From Escherichia coli (lineage in GTDB: Bacteria; Pseudomonadota; Gammaproteobacteria; Enterobacterales; Enterobacteriaceae): DNA of 64,000 bases. The stretch lies in the NCBI RefSeq assembly GCF_003018255.1, contig NZ_CP027440.1, one strand, 5' to 3'. This document shows positions 1 through 9,683 of the stretch, piece after piece (the first letter of the stretch is position 1; every line of letters starts with the position of its first letter). The position numbers were made by a program, and so were the translations under genes. Under the pieces are notes generated by a model. That model ran no database searches, had not been told where the DNA came from, and saw only the letters and a program-made list of their open reading frames with translations.

Positions 1-1342
1 AGCAAGAGTCCGCATGAGCCTCGACACCCTGCCGGAGCCGCTGACGCAGCTTCATGCGCGACTGGCGGCGCTGGATATCGAGCGGGAGGCGATTGAGCAG
101 GACAGCGTGTTTTATCCCGAAACCAGCCCGGAGCGGCTGGCAGAACTGACCGATTTGCGTGATGAGCTGCAGGCAGAAGCCGGGCATCTGGAAGCGCAGT
201 ATCAGCAGGAAAAGGCACTGGTGCAGCAGATTATGACGTTGCGTCAGGAAGGAACAGACAGCTCTGAACTGCAACAGCAACTGCGGACGCATCAGGGCTT
301 TGCACCGCTGCTGGCGCTGGATGTGGACGCCCGCGCCGTCGCCACGGTGGTGGCGGACTGGACTGGCATCCCGCTCTCTTCCCTGCTCAAGGACGAGCAG
401 AGCGACCTGCTCAGTATGGAACAGAGCCTTGAAAACCGCGTTGTCGGGCAACGCCCGGCGCTCTGCGCCATCGCACAGCGGTTGCGGGCGGCTAAAACCG
501 GCCTCACGCCGGAGAACGGCCCACAGGGGGTATTCCTGCTGACCGGCCCCAGCGGCACCGGTAAAACCGAAACTGCGCTCACACTGGCCGACACCCTGTT
601 TGGCGGTGAAAAATCTCTTATCACCATCAACCTCTCCGAATATCAGGAGCCGCATACCGTCTCCCAGCTTAAGGGGTCTCCTCCGGGCTACGTTGGCTAC
701 GGTCAGGGCGGCGTACTTACCGAAGCCGTTCGCAAACGCCCGTACAGCGTGGTGTTGCTCGACGAAGTGGAAAAGGCGCACCGCGACGTAATGAACCTGT
801 TCTATCAGGTATTTGACCGGGGTTTTATGCGCGACGGCGAAGGCCGGGAAATTGACTTCCGCAACACCGTGATTCTGATGACGGCTAATCTGGGCAGCGA
901 CCACATCATGCAACTGCTGGAGGAAAAACCGGACGCCACGGACGCAGACCTGCATGAACTGCTGTATCCCCTGCTGCGCGAGCACTTCCAGCCTGCACTG
1001 ATGGCGCGTTTTCAGACGGTGATTTACCGCCCGCTGGGACAGGAGGCGATGCGCACCATTGTGGAAATGAAACTGGCGCAGGTGGTTCGTCGTCTTCATC
1101 AGCACTATGGGCTGGAAACGGAAATCAACGACAGCCTGTATGACGCGCTGACCGCCGCCTGCCTGCTGCCGGACACCGGTGCACGCAATATCGACAGCCT
1201 GTTGAACCAGCAAATCCTGCCGGTACTAAGTCAGCAGTTGCTGGCACAGCAGGCCGCGCACCGTAAACCAGCCCAACTACGGCTTGGCTGGGATGAGGAA
1301 GACGGGATTGTACTGGAGTTCGCTACGGAAGAGATGCAATAA
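1..1342 (+). CDS. tssH: ClpV/TssH AAA+ ATPase, C-terminal fragment (5' end lies outside the window)
   Basis: Reading frame is open to the window start. Translation has Walker A GPSGTGKTE and Walker B VVLLDEVEKAH typical of the ClpB/ClpV second AAA+ domain. Sits directly upstream of vgrG. Confidence 0.85.
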   Translation, partial: ARVRMSLDTLPEPLTQLHARLAALDIEREAIEQDSVFYPETSPERLAELTDLRDELQAEAGHLEAQYQQEKALVQQIMTLRQEGTDSSELQQQLRTHQGFAPLLALDVDARAVATVVADWTGIPLSSLLKDEQSDLLSMEQSLENRVVGQRPALCAIAQRLRAAKTGLTPENGPQGVFLLTGPSGTGKTETALTLADTLFGGEKSLITINLSEYQEPHTVSQLKGSPPGYVGYGQGGVLTEAVRKRPYSVVLLDEVEKAHRDVMNLFYQVFDRGFMRDGEGREIDFRNTVILMTANLGSDHIMQLLEEKPDATDADLHELLYPLLREHFQPALMARFQTVIYRPLGQEAMRTIVEMKLAQVVRRLHQHYGLETEINDSLYDALTAACLLPDTGARNIDSLLNQQILPVLSQQLLAQQAAHRKPAQLRLGWDEEDGIVLEFATEEMQ

Positions 1343-1353
1343 CGGAGGCTTTT

Positions 1354-3834
1354 ATGGGTATTCAGAATTTCGACCACTCACACCACAAGCTCAAAATTCG
1401 CGGCCTGAAAAGCCCGGTGGACGTGCTGACGTTTACGGGCCGGGAACAACTCAGCGCACCCTTCCGCTACGACATTGAATTTACCAGTACCGATAAAACC
1501 ATCGAGCCGGAGTCGGTGCTGATGCAGGATGGCGCATTCAGCCTGACGGCACCGCCGGTACAGGGAATGCCGGTACAGACTGCCCTGCGCACCCTGCACG
1601 GCGTCATTACCGGCTTTAAACATCTCTCATCGTCACAGGACGAAGCCCGTTACGAAGTGCGCCTTGAACCCCGTATGGCGCTGCTTACCCGCAGCCGCCA
1701 GAACGCCATCTACCAGAACCAGACGGTGCCGCAAATCGTCGAAAAAATCCTGCGCGAGCGGCACCAGATGCGCGGTCAGGACTTCGTGTTTAACCTCAAA
1801 AGCGAATACCCGTCCCGTGAACAGGTGATGCAGTACGGTGAGGACGACCTGACGTTTATTTCACGCCTGCTGTCAGAAGTGGGTATCTGGTTCCGCTTTG
1901 CCACCGACGCCCGGTTGAAAATCGAAGTTATCGAATTTTACGACGACCAGAGCGGCTACGAGCGCGGGCTGACGCTGCCGCTTCGCCATCCTTCTGGGCT
2001 GTTTGATGGTGAAACGGAAGCCGTATGGGGGCTGAACACCGCGTACAGCGTGGTGGAAAAAAGTGTCTCCACGCGGGACTACAACTACCGTGAAGCCACG
2101 GCGGAAATGACCACAGGCCAGCATGACGCCACCGGGGGCGATAACACCACTTACGGCGAAGCCTACCACTATGCCGACAACTTCCTGCAACAAGGCGATA
2201 AAGAGGCAGCGGAAAGCGGCGCGTTTTATGCCCGTATCCGTCACGAACGCTACCTGAATGAACAGGCCATTCTCAAAGGCCAGAGCACCAGTTCACTGCT
2301 GATGCCGGGGCTGGAGATAAAAGTTCAGGGCGACGACGCGCCTGCGGTGTTCCGCAAGGGCGTGCTGATTACCGGCGTGACGACCAGCGCGGCGCGTGAC
2401 CGCAGCTATGAGCTGACGTTCACGGCGATACCGTACTCAGAGCGCTACGGCTACCGTCCGGCGCTTATCCCCCGCCCGGTCATGGCCGGAACGCTCCCGG
2501 CGCGGGTCACCAGCACGGTGAAGAACGATATCTATGCCCATATCGACAAAGACGGGCGCTACCGGGTCAACCTCGATTTTGACCGCGATACGTGGAAACC
2601 GGGTTATGAGAGCCTGTGGGTACGCCAGTCGCGCCCGTATGCGGGAGACACCTACGGCCTGCATCTGCCGCTGCTGGCGGGAACGGAGGTCAGCATCGCG
2701 TTTGAGGAAGGCAACCCGGACCGACCGTATATCGCCGGGGTAAAGCACGACTCGGCGCACACCGACCATGTGACCATCCAGAACTACAAGCGTAACGTGC
2801 TGCGCACCCCAGCAAACAACAAAATCCGCCTCGACGATGAGCGCGGCAAAGAGCATATCAAGGTCAGTACCGAGTACGGCGGCAAGAGCCAGCTAAACCT
2901 CGGCCATCTGGTGGATGCCGGGAAACAGCAGCGCGGCGAAGGCTTTGAACTGCGTACCGATATGTGGGGCGCAGTGCGGGCGAAGAAAGGCATCTTTATC
3001 AGCGCCGATGCGCAGGACAAGGCTCAGGGTCAGGTGCGGGAAATGGCTCCGGCAATGGCAATACTGGATGGCGCACAGTCACAGATGAAGTCGCTGTCCA
3101 CTGATGCGCAGACGGCGAATGCCGATCCGGCAGATCTGTCATCACAGATAGCGCTGTTGCAGCAGAGTGTAAAAGATCTGACGCAGGCGGTGATCCTGCT
3201 AAGCGCACCCAAAGGCGTGGCGATCGCCAGCGGCGAGCACCTGCAACTGGCGGCGGCAAAGAATGTGATAGCCAACGCAGGCAACAACGCCGATGTCGGC
3301 GTGGTGAAAAATATGTTTATCGGCGTGGGACAGGCGCTGAGCGTGTTTGTGCGTAAAGCGGGCATCAAGCTGTTTGCCAATAAGGGCGCAATCTCGGTGC
3401 AGGCGCAGAACGACTTGATGGAACTGTTGGCGAAGAAGGAAATCATCATTACCAGTACCGAAGATGAAATTAAAATCACGGCGAAGAAAAAGATCACCCT
3501 TAACGGCGGTGGCAGCTACATCCGGCTGGATGCCTGTGGGATAGAAGCGGGAACGCCGGGAGAATATAACGTTAAGGCGGGATATTATGGGCGTAAGCCG
3601 AAGGCGAAGCTGACGCCGGAGCTGATGGCGTTTCCGGTGATTGAGGGTGGAGACTATTCTCGCTGTTTTAAATTTTTTGATGACGAAAATATCCCATATC
3701 GTAATGTTAAGTATATAGCCAATTTTATTGATGGAACAAAAAAGGAAGGTGTCACTGATGATGAGGGATGCACCGAAACATTTTTTAGTGATAAAGAAGA
3801 AGAAATTGAAATTGAGATTTTACTTGGTGTTTAA
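1354..3834 (+). CDS. vgrG: T6SS spike protein VgrG with C-terminal extension
   Basis: 826-aa ORF. The N-terminal two thirds read as a gp27/gp5-like VgrG (N-terminal block ...GLKSPVDVLTFTGREQLSAPFRYDIEFTS...). The last ~60 codons are AT-rich and unlike the core. SD AACGGAGG precedes the ATG. Confidence 0.85.
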   Translation: MGIQNFDHSHHKLKIRGLKSPVDVLTFTGREQLSAPFRYDIEFTSTDKTIEPESVLMQDGAFSLTAPPVQGMPVQTALRTLHGVITGFKHLSSSQDEARYEVRLEPRMALLTRSRQNAIYQNQTVPQIVEKILRERHQMRGQDFVFNLKSEYPSREQVMQYGEDDLTFISRLLSEVGIWFRFATDARLKIEVIEFYDDQSGYERGLTLPLRHPSGLFDGETEAVWGLNTAYSVVEKSVSTRDYNYREATAEMTTGQHDATGGDNTTYGEAYHYADNFLQQGDKEAAESGAFYARIRHERYLNEQAILKGQSTSSLLMPGLEIKVQGDDAPAVFRKGVLITGVTTSAARDRSYELTFTAIPYSERYGYRPALIPRPVMAGTLPARVTSTVKNDIYAHIDKDGRYRVNLDFDRDTWKPGYESLWVRQSRPYAGDTYGLHLPLLAGTEVSIAFEEGNPDRPYIAGVKHDSAHTDHVTIQNYKRNVLRTPANNKIRLDDERGKEHIKVSTEYGGKSQLNLGHLVDAGKQQRGEGFELRTDMWGAVRAKKGIFISADAQDKAQGQVREMAPAMAILDGAQSQMKSLSTDAQTANADPADLSSQIALLQQSVKDLTQAVILLSAPKGVAIASGEHLQLAAAKNVIANAGNNADVGVVKNMFIGVGQALSVFVRKAGIKLFANKGAISVQAQNDLMELLAKKEIIITSTEDEIKITAKKKITLNGGGSYIRLDACGIEAGTPGEYNVKAGYYGRKPKAKLTPELMAFPVIEGGDYSRCFKFFDDENIPYRNVKYIANFIDGTKKEGVTDDEGCTETFFSDKEEEIEIEILLGV

Positions 3835-3866
3835 AAATACTACCCTTAATTATTAAAGAGAAAAAA

Positions 3867-4601
3867 ATGAGCAAAAATGTAATATTAAGTAATGGGGAAA
3901 GAGAAAATCCTTCTCCGCTGATCTATGACAAGCATAAAAAGCACTGTATTTTTCGTACAAAGACATTACTTAGTGAAGAGAAAAAAGAAGACGAAAAATG
4001 TACTGTATCAGTTGTATTTATTGATCATGAGGGGTATATAAGAAATGCTGGAATTATAAAACACACAGTCCCTGAACTTGAAGAAGGTCGCATGCCTAAA
4101 ATTAATGCAATAATATTGCATAGAACAGATTCTTCAACAATAAATGGTACACTTGCTAGTTTTTCTAAAGGCATTGGAACTCATTTTATTGTTGAAAAAG
4201 ATGGTAATATATACCAGGCTGCAAGCCTATTTGTATATACCAGCCATGTGGGGAAGATAAAGTCTCGATGTAAGGAGGAAAAAACATGGTCGTCTGAAGA
4301 AAAAAAGAAAACAGAGGCATTCGGATGGAATGCTAAGAAGATACATGATCATGAAAAAATTAAACAATATCCTTATAGATATCCATATAATATGGACAGT
4401 GTTGGCATTGAGGTTATTGCATTATATGATAAAAAAAATAAAAAATGGGAGTCTGCTACAGACTCTCAAAAAAAATCAATTGAGAAACTTGTAGATATAA
4501 TAAAAAATATTTATGAGTTAGAAGATAGGGATGTTTATGAACATGATAAAATTAGTTATAAAACAGAAGGTGAAGGCGCTGATCTCTATAGTGTTAATTA
4601 A
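3867..4601 (+). CDS. Putative T6SS effector, Amidase_2 (PGRP/AmpD/T7-lysozyme-like) N-acetylmuramoyl-L-alanine amidase domain
   Basis: 244 aa with no signal peptide. Motifs ILHRTDS, THFIVEKDGNIYQ, SVGIEVIALYD and EHDKIS resemble Amidase_2 zinc-amidase signatures. AT-rich gene immediately downstream of vgrG. Confidence 0.55.
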   Translation: MSKNVILSNGERENPSPLIYDKHKKHCIFRTKTLLSEEKKEDEKCTVSVVFIDHEGYIRNAGIIKHTVPELEEGRMPKINAIILHRTDSSTINGTLASFSKGIGTHFIVEKDGNIYQAASLFVYTSHVGKIKSRCKEEKTWSSEEKKKTEAFGWNAKKIHDHEKIKQYPYRYPYNMDSVGIEVIALYDKKNKKWESATDSQKKSIEKLVDIIKNIYELEDRDVYEHDKISYKTEGEGADLYSVN

Positions 4602-4980
4602 TTTCTTTTTTTGTTCAAATAGTTACTCCGAAGAAAAAATAGAGATAATAAACATTAATAAACCAATATATATAGGTACCAATCAATCAGATAAGGTGCT
4701 TATTACTGCGTGTAATCATTGGGTGCTTAATTCTAGAGATATTATAGACATATTCAATCTAAGTATAAAGCATGATGATTATGGCGAAATAAACAGAATG
4801 TATTATTGGTTACCTTGTGAAATTAGAGGGAGACTAATGTATGACGGAATAGAATGGAGTTTTGTTATCAATGCTGCTGCAACAGCAATGTGGATGAGCA
4901 ATGATAAAGAGATTTACTGGGGATGCAATAAAAAAGCATGCGATAATTTCTTTTTATTACCATATGATGGGATGAGGTAA
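4543..4980 (+). CDS. Putative secreted (periplasmic) immunity protein for the upstream amidase
   Basis: Start is ambiguous (ATG 4531/4543 or GTG 4570) and overlaps the effector 3' end. N-terminus MIKLVIKQKVKALISIVLINFFFCSNSYS has the form of a Sec signal peptide. Small Cys-rich AT-rich ORF. Confidence 0.45.
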   Translation: MIKLVIKQKVKALISIVLINFFFCSNSYSEEKIEIININKPIYIGTNQSDKVLITACNHWVLNSRDIIDIFNLSIKHDDYGEINRMYYWLPCEIRGRLMYDGIEWSFVINAAATAMWMSNDKEIYWGCNKKACDNFFLLPYDGMR

Positions 4981-5085
4981 ATCACAGTTAATAAAGCAAA
5001 AACATTATGGACAAGTGAATTAATCAGATAGTTCAAGCACCTTGAGATTCATTGTATTCATATTTCAGAATAACGGATTATTACA

Positions 5086-6300
5086 ATGCCCATCCGACTT
5101 AATACCATTCCCGACGCAGAACCCTATCCCGCACCGCCAGCCCGCATTAAATGGCTGTCAGCCTTATTACTGATGCTGTCTGTTGGTGTGGCAATAACCT
5201 CATTATTCGCCAGCGATGAACTGGCAAAAAACGGCCCATATTTCTGGGGGCTGGCCTGCGGCGTGCCTGCTTTTATCTGGTCACTGGTCGGTTCGGTGCG
5301 CTGGCTGGTATTTGTCACTCAACATATTCGTGCCGATGCCTGGAATCAACGTCGCGAAGAAGTCATTTTGCAGGAAACACGGCGGGGACGACGGGCGTTG
5401 CAGATACTCAGTTTTTCCGTACAAACCGCGCTGAATGGTGATTCCGTCGCAGAAACTACAACAGCATTTCTGGCGCGTCATCAGGTGTTGAATACTTACG
5501 CTGATTTGCGCGGAGAAGATACCGTGCGTCGCAGTGTCATTCCCGTATTAACCAATAAACCGGTTACCGGGCGTTTATCCGAAATTATTTCCCGCCTTTT
5601 TATTGATATCAGACCGCAATTGTTTCTGCTGCCCCCTGATTTTCATATCAACGTACTACTGGAAATTGATGCGCCGCTTTCAGGGGCCTCCGTGAGAACT
5701 ATCTGGCAGGACGAATGGCAAAAAGCCGGACTCCCCGAAGCCCGTCTGTTTTCTGCCCCGGAGCCGGGGCTGGCCGCCGTGGACGACTGGCTGGACAACT
5801 TTATTCAGGAAAAGGCCGTACTGCTGGTGATTTCCGTGCGTCTGGAACCGAAGAACCCGGAACGGACGGCAGAATCCGCCACCGCGCTGTTGCTGGCAAA
5901 CCGACTGACGCAAACCGCGCTGACGCCGCTGGCCCTGCTGCATCGTCCTGAACGTATCACAGATACGGAGATGATGGCGTCAGGCATTGCACAGGCGCTG
6001 GACTGGATGCCGGTGCAGCCAGATGCCATATCCGGCATGTGGACAGTCGAACTGAACAGGGAACAGCGCGCCTCGCTGCTGTCATCTAACCAGCCGTTTA
6101 CTCAGGAAGCCCTGATGTACGAGCTGGATGCCTTTCTGGGGTGCTCCGGACCGGCAGCGCCGTGGCTGTCCGTCGCTGCGGCAACGCTGGCGGCAATACA
6201 ATCACAACACCCCCAACTGACGCTCAGCGGCGTTCAGAACGGGCATTATTCATGGGCGACCATGGTGTCGCCATTCGTTTCCCCTCAGGAGGCATCATAG
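5086..6300 (+). CDS. T6SS-associated inner-membrane protein of unknown function (two N-terminal TM helices plus ~330-aa soluble domain)
   Basis: 404-aa ORF. Hydrophobic stretches WLSALLLMLSVGVAITSLFA and FWGLACGVPAFIWSLVGSVRWLVFV lie near the N-terminus. Composition is GC-rich like the T6SS core genes. Placed between the cargo module and tssM. Confidence 0.5.
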   Translation: MPIRLNTIPDAEPYPAPPARIKWLSALLLMLSVGVAITSLFASDELAKNGPYFWGLACGVPAFIWSLVGSVRWLVFVTQHIRADAWNQRREEVILQETRRGRRALQILSFSVQTALNGDSVAETTTAFLARHQVLNTYADLRGEDTVRRSVIPVLTNKPVTGRLSEIISRLFIDIRPQLFLLPPDFHINVLLEIDAPLSGASVRTIWQDEWQKAGLPEARLFSAPEPGLAAVDDWLDNFIQEKAVLLVISVRLEPKNPERTAESATALLLANRLTQTALTPLALLHRPERITDTEMMASGIAQALDWMPVQPDAISGMWTVELNREQRASLLSSNQPFTQEALMYELDAFLGCSGPAAPWLSVAAATLAAIQSQHPQLTLSGVQNGHYSWATMVSPFVSPQEAS

Positions 6301-6356
6301 TGGTTCCGGGATTAAACCGTCTCCGGCCCCGTTCGGTTTCAGGGCCTGCCATCGTC

Positions 6357-9300
6357 ATGACCGTGGCCGTTGTGGTTGCGCTTTGCACGTTTATTCACCG
6401 TAAACCGGCATTGCTGGGCGTTGAACCGGGTAGTTCACAGCAAATGTACTGGATGGCTGGCGTGATTGCCGCAGGTGTGGTCTTTCTGATTATCATGGGG
6501 GTTTATCATCTGCTGAACCGCCACGCTGCCGTACAGAGCTTTGAACTCCACAGACAGCTTGCCGCCGGAGATGACTATCGGGCGGTGACGACAAAGAAAG
6601 CCGACAGCCGTCATCCGGCAATGGTGGAACTCGCCGCCTTCCTGCGCGACCGCTACGGCCCATTCTGGCGGCGTAAAATCCGCCTGCTGCTGGTGACCGG
6701 CGAGCCTGAACAGGCAGAGGCCATCGCGCCGGGGCTGACCGGGCAACACTGGCTGGAGGGCGACCACACGGTGCTGATATATGGCGGCAGGCCATCTACA
6801 GAGCCTGATGTCGCGCTACTGACCGCCTTAAAAAAACTGCGCCGCAGCCGTCCGCTGGACGGCATCATCTGGCCGCTGACAGAAGAACAGAGCCGCCAGA
6901 CGGCGCAACTCGACAAAGGCTGGCGCGAACTGATAAACGGCGGTAAGCGACTCGGTTTTCAGGCTCCACTCTATTTGTGGCAGGTCTGTGACAACGGTGA
7001 TTATCAGACCGGACGCCCCCTGCAAAGCGTCGGCTGCCTGCTGTCGGAACGCTGTACCCCGGAACAACTGGCTGCAATGCTGGAAGCACAAACCCTGCCG
7101 CTGACGGAACAGGGCATGTCGCAGCTGCTTACCGATAACCGCCATGATTTCCTGCTGCGTCTGGCCCATACCCTTGCAGAGCGGGGTATCGCTCACTGGC
7201 AAAGTATCCTGAAACCGCTGCTGGCAGGCGGCGCATTTTCCTCCCTGCGCCTGCGTGGCCTGATGTTCAGCCCGCCGCTTACCGCCGTACCGGAAGCCGC
7301 ACCTCATGCGTGGCTGCCGTCACCGGTCTGGGCGGGCGTGACCGGCGATAACGCGCGGGGTCGCACGGTGGGCTTTCCGTGGCTGCGTATCACGCTGATG
7401 TCTGCTGTCTGCGTACTGGCGATATGGGGGGCCGGAATGACGACCTCGTTCTTCGCCAACCGCGCACTTGTTCAGGAAACCAGCATCCAGACGGCGCGTG
7501 CACTCGATATCCGTCTGCCGCTGTCTGAACAACTGGTGGCGCTGCATACCCTGCAGGGTGAACTGGAGCGCCTGCAGTACCGTATCCGGGAGGGTGCGCC
7601 GTGGTATCAGCGTTTTGGCCTTGAACGTAACCAGCAACTGCTCGCCGCCGCCTTTCCCGGCTATGCGCAGGCGGCAAACCGGCTGGTGCGCGACGTGGCC
7701 GTTGACCATCTGCAACAGCAACTGAATGCCTTTGTCGCGCTGCCGCCCAATAGTCCGCAGCGTACCGCCACCGGCGAACAGCGCTATAAGCAGCTTAAGG
7801 CATTGCTGATGACTTCCCGCCCGGAAAAGGCCGACGCTGCCTTTTTCAGTACCACGCTGATGGCAGATGACCTGCGCTATGCAGGTGTACCGGAAGGTGT
7901 GCGTCAGAGCGTGTTGCCGTCACTGCTGACCTTCTGGATGGCGAATCTGCCGGAACACCCACAGTGGAAAACTTCGCCGCCACCGGAACTGACCGGCGCA
8001 GTGCGCAAAATCCTGCTGCGCCAGATTGGTGTGCGCAATGCCGAAAACACTCTCTACCAGAACGTACTGCAACAGGTGTCCCGCAACTACGCCGATATGA
8101 CGCTGGCGGACATGACCGGGGATACGCTCACCGAATCTCTTTTCAGTACGGAGCAGACGGTGCCGGGGATGTTTACCCGTCAGGCGTGGGAAGGACAGGT
8201 CAGGGAAGCCATCGAGCAGGTGGTGACGGCGCGGCGCGAGGAAATCGACTGGGTACTCAGCGACCGCCAGCAGGATACCTCTGCGGATATCTCGCCGGAT
8301 ATGCTGCGTAACCGTCTCACTTCACGCTACTTTACCGACTTTGCCGGAAGCTGGCTGGCGTTTCTCAACAGCATTCGCTGGAAAAAGGAAGACTCGCTCT
8401 CCGGCATTCTCGACCAGTTGACGCTGATGGCCGATGCCCGCCAGTCACCGCTGATTGCGCTGACAGACACCCTCGCGTGGCAGGCGGCGGCTGGCAGGGA
8501 AAACCGTGGCCTGTCAGACTCGCTGGCGAAATCGGCACAGGAACTGTTTAACGGCAAGGAGAAAACGCCGCAGCAATCCCGTGAAGGCGACGTGCCTGTC
8601 GGGCCGCTGGATAAAACCTTCGCGCCGCTGCTGCGGTTGCTTGGCGATAAGGCAGGAGGCGGCGACAGCCAGCTGAGCCTGCAGACCTACCTCACCCGAG
8701 TCACCCGCGTGCGCCTCAAACTGCAACAGGTGACCAACGCCCCTGACCCGCAGGAGATGACCCAGCAACTGGCGCAGACGGTCTTACAAGGCAAAACCGT
8801 TGACCTTACCGACACCCGCGACTATGGCAGCCTGATAGCCGCCAGTCTGGGTGAAGAGTGGAGTGGCTTCGGTCAGGCGCTGTTCGTCCGCCCGGTGGAG
8901 CAGTCATGGCGGCAGGTGCTGACGCCTGCGGCAGACAGCCTGAACCGCCAGTGGCAGCGGGCGATTGTCAGCCACTGGGATCAGGACTTCGCTGGTCGCT
9001 ACCCGTTCAAAGCCTCACAAAACGATGCCTCCCTCCCCCTGCTGGCGCAGTACCTGCGCGATGACGGGCGCATCAACCAGTTTATCGCCGCCAATCTTTC
9101 CGGCGTACTGAAACGTGAAGGCCGCTACTGGGTGGCTGACGCCATGAACACGCAGGGGCTGACAGTCAATCCGGACTTTATTCGCGCCCTGAACCGCCTG
9201 CGCGATGTGGCCGATACCGCCTTTGCCAGCGGCGATGCAGGGATACATTTTGAACTGCGGGCAAAACCGGCGCGCGACGTGATGAAGACGCATCTGGTGA

Positions 9301-9683
9301 TTGACGGGCAGGAGCTGGAATATTTCAACCAGAAGGAACGCTGGCAGCGTTTTAACTGGCCGGATGAACAGTGGCAACCCGGCGCATCGCTGAGCTGGAC
9401 CAGTACGCAGGCGATGGAACGCATACTGGCGGATTATCGGGGAAGCTGGAGCCTTATTCGCCTGCTGGAACAGGCGCAGGTGACACCGGTGGACAGCAGT
9501 ACCTTTAAAGTGGTGTGGAAAGCGCAGGACGGCCTGCCGCTGAATTACCTGCTGCGGGTTGAACAGGGTAAAGGGCCGCTGGCGCTGCTGGAACTGAAAA
9601 ACTTCCGCCTGCCGGGACAGGTGTTCCTGACCGGCAGGAGTATGAAGGATGCGGAAGAATACGGGGAAGACGCCGATGAGTGA
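6357..9683 (+). CDS. tssM: TssM (IcmF-family) T6SS membrane-complex protein
   Basis: ~1100 aa. Two TM segments at the N-terminus, a third around WLRITLMSAVCVLAIWGAGM, then a long C-terminal domain. Start is uncertain (GTG 6300 or ATG 6357; the track ORF begins at 6141). Stop overlaps the tssA start. Confidence 0.8.
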   Translation: MTVAVVVALCTFIHRKPALLGVEPGSSQQMYWMAGVIAAGVVFLIIMGVYHLLNRHAAVQSFELHRQLAAGDDYRAVTTKKADSRHPAMVELAAFLRDRYGPFWRRKIRLLLVTGEPEQAEAIAPGLTGQHWLEGDHTVLIYGGRPSTEPDVALLTALKKLRRSRPLDGIIWPLTEEQSRQTAQLDKGWRELINGGKRLGFQAPLYLWQVCDNGDYQTGRPLQSVGCLLSERCTPEQLAAMLEAQTLPLTEQGMSQLLTDNRHDFLLRLAHTLAERGIAHWQSILKPLLAGGAFSSLRLRGLMFSPPLTAVPEAAPHAWLPSPVWAGVTGDNARGRTVGFPWLRITLMSAVCVLAIWGAGMTTSFFANRALVQETSIQTARALDIRLPLSEQLVALHTLQGELERLQYRIREGAPWYQRFGLERNQQLLAAAFPGYAQAANRLVRDVAVDHLQQQLNAFVALPPNSPQRTATGEQRYKQLKALLMTSRPEKADAAFFSTTLMADDLRYAGVPEGVRQSVLPSLLTFWMANLPEHPQWKTSPPPELTGAVRKILLRQIGVRNAENTLYQNVLQQVSRNYADMTLADMTGDTLTESLFSTEQTVPGMFTRQAWEGQVREAIEQVVTARREEIDWVLSDRQQDTSADISPDMLRNRLTSRYFTDFAGSWLAFLNSIRWKKEDSLSGILDQLTLMADARQSPLIALTDTLAWQAAAGRENRGLSDSLAKSAQELFNGKEKTPQQSREGDVPVGPLDKTFAPLLRLLGDKAGGGDSQLSLQTYLTRVTRVRLKLQQVTNAPDPQEMTQQLAQTVLQGKTVDLTDTRDYGSLIAASLGEEWSGFGQALFVRPVEQSWRQVLTPAADSLNRQWQRAIVSHWDQDFAGRYPFKASQNDASLPLLAQYLRDDGRINQFIAANLSGVLKREGRYWVADAMNTQGLTVNPDFIRALNRLRDVADTAFASGDAGIHFELRAKPARDVMKTHLVIDGQELEYFNQKERWQRFNWPDEQWQPGASLSWTSTQAMERILADYRGSWSLIRLLEQAQVTPVDSSTFKVVWKAQDGLPLNYLLRVEQGKGPLALLELKNFRLPGQVFLTGRSMKDAEEYGEDADE

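Noticed and set aside
292-630. Antisense and alternative-frame ORFs inside long genes (e.g. 292-630 minus, 1873-2244 minus, 2437-2856 minus, 6435-7307 minus, 25653-26039 minus, 61638-62144 plus and many others).
   Set aside because: They lie wholly within well-supported genes on the opposite strand or in another frame, lack recognisable domains, and their length is expected by chance in GC-rich sequence.
5086-6300. The possibility that the 404-aa ORF is a split N-terminal fragment of TssM.
   Set aside because: The downstream 1100+ aa ORF carries its own N-terminal TM pair and third TM helix, so it is a complete TssM.
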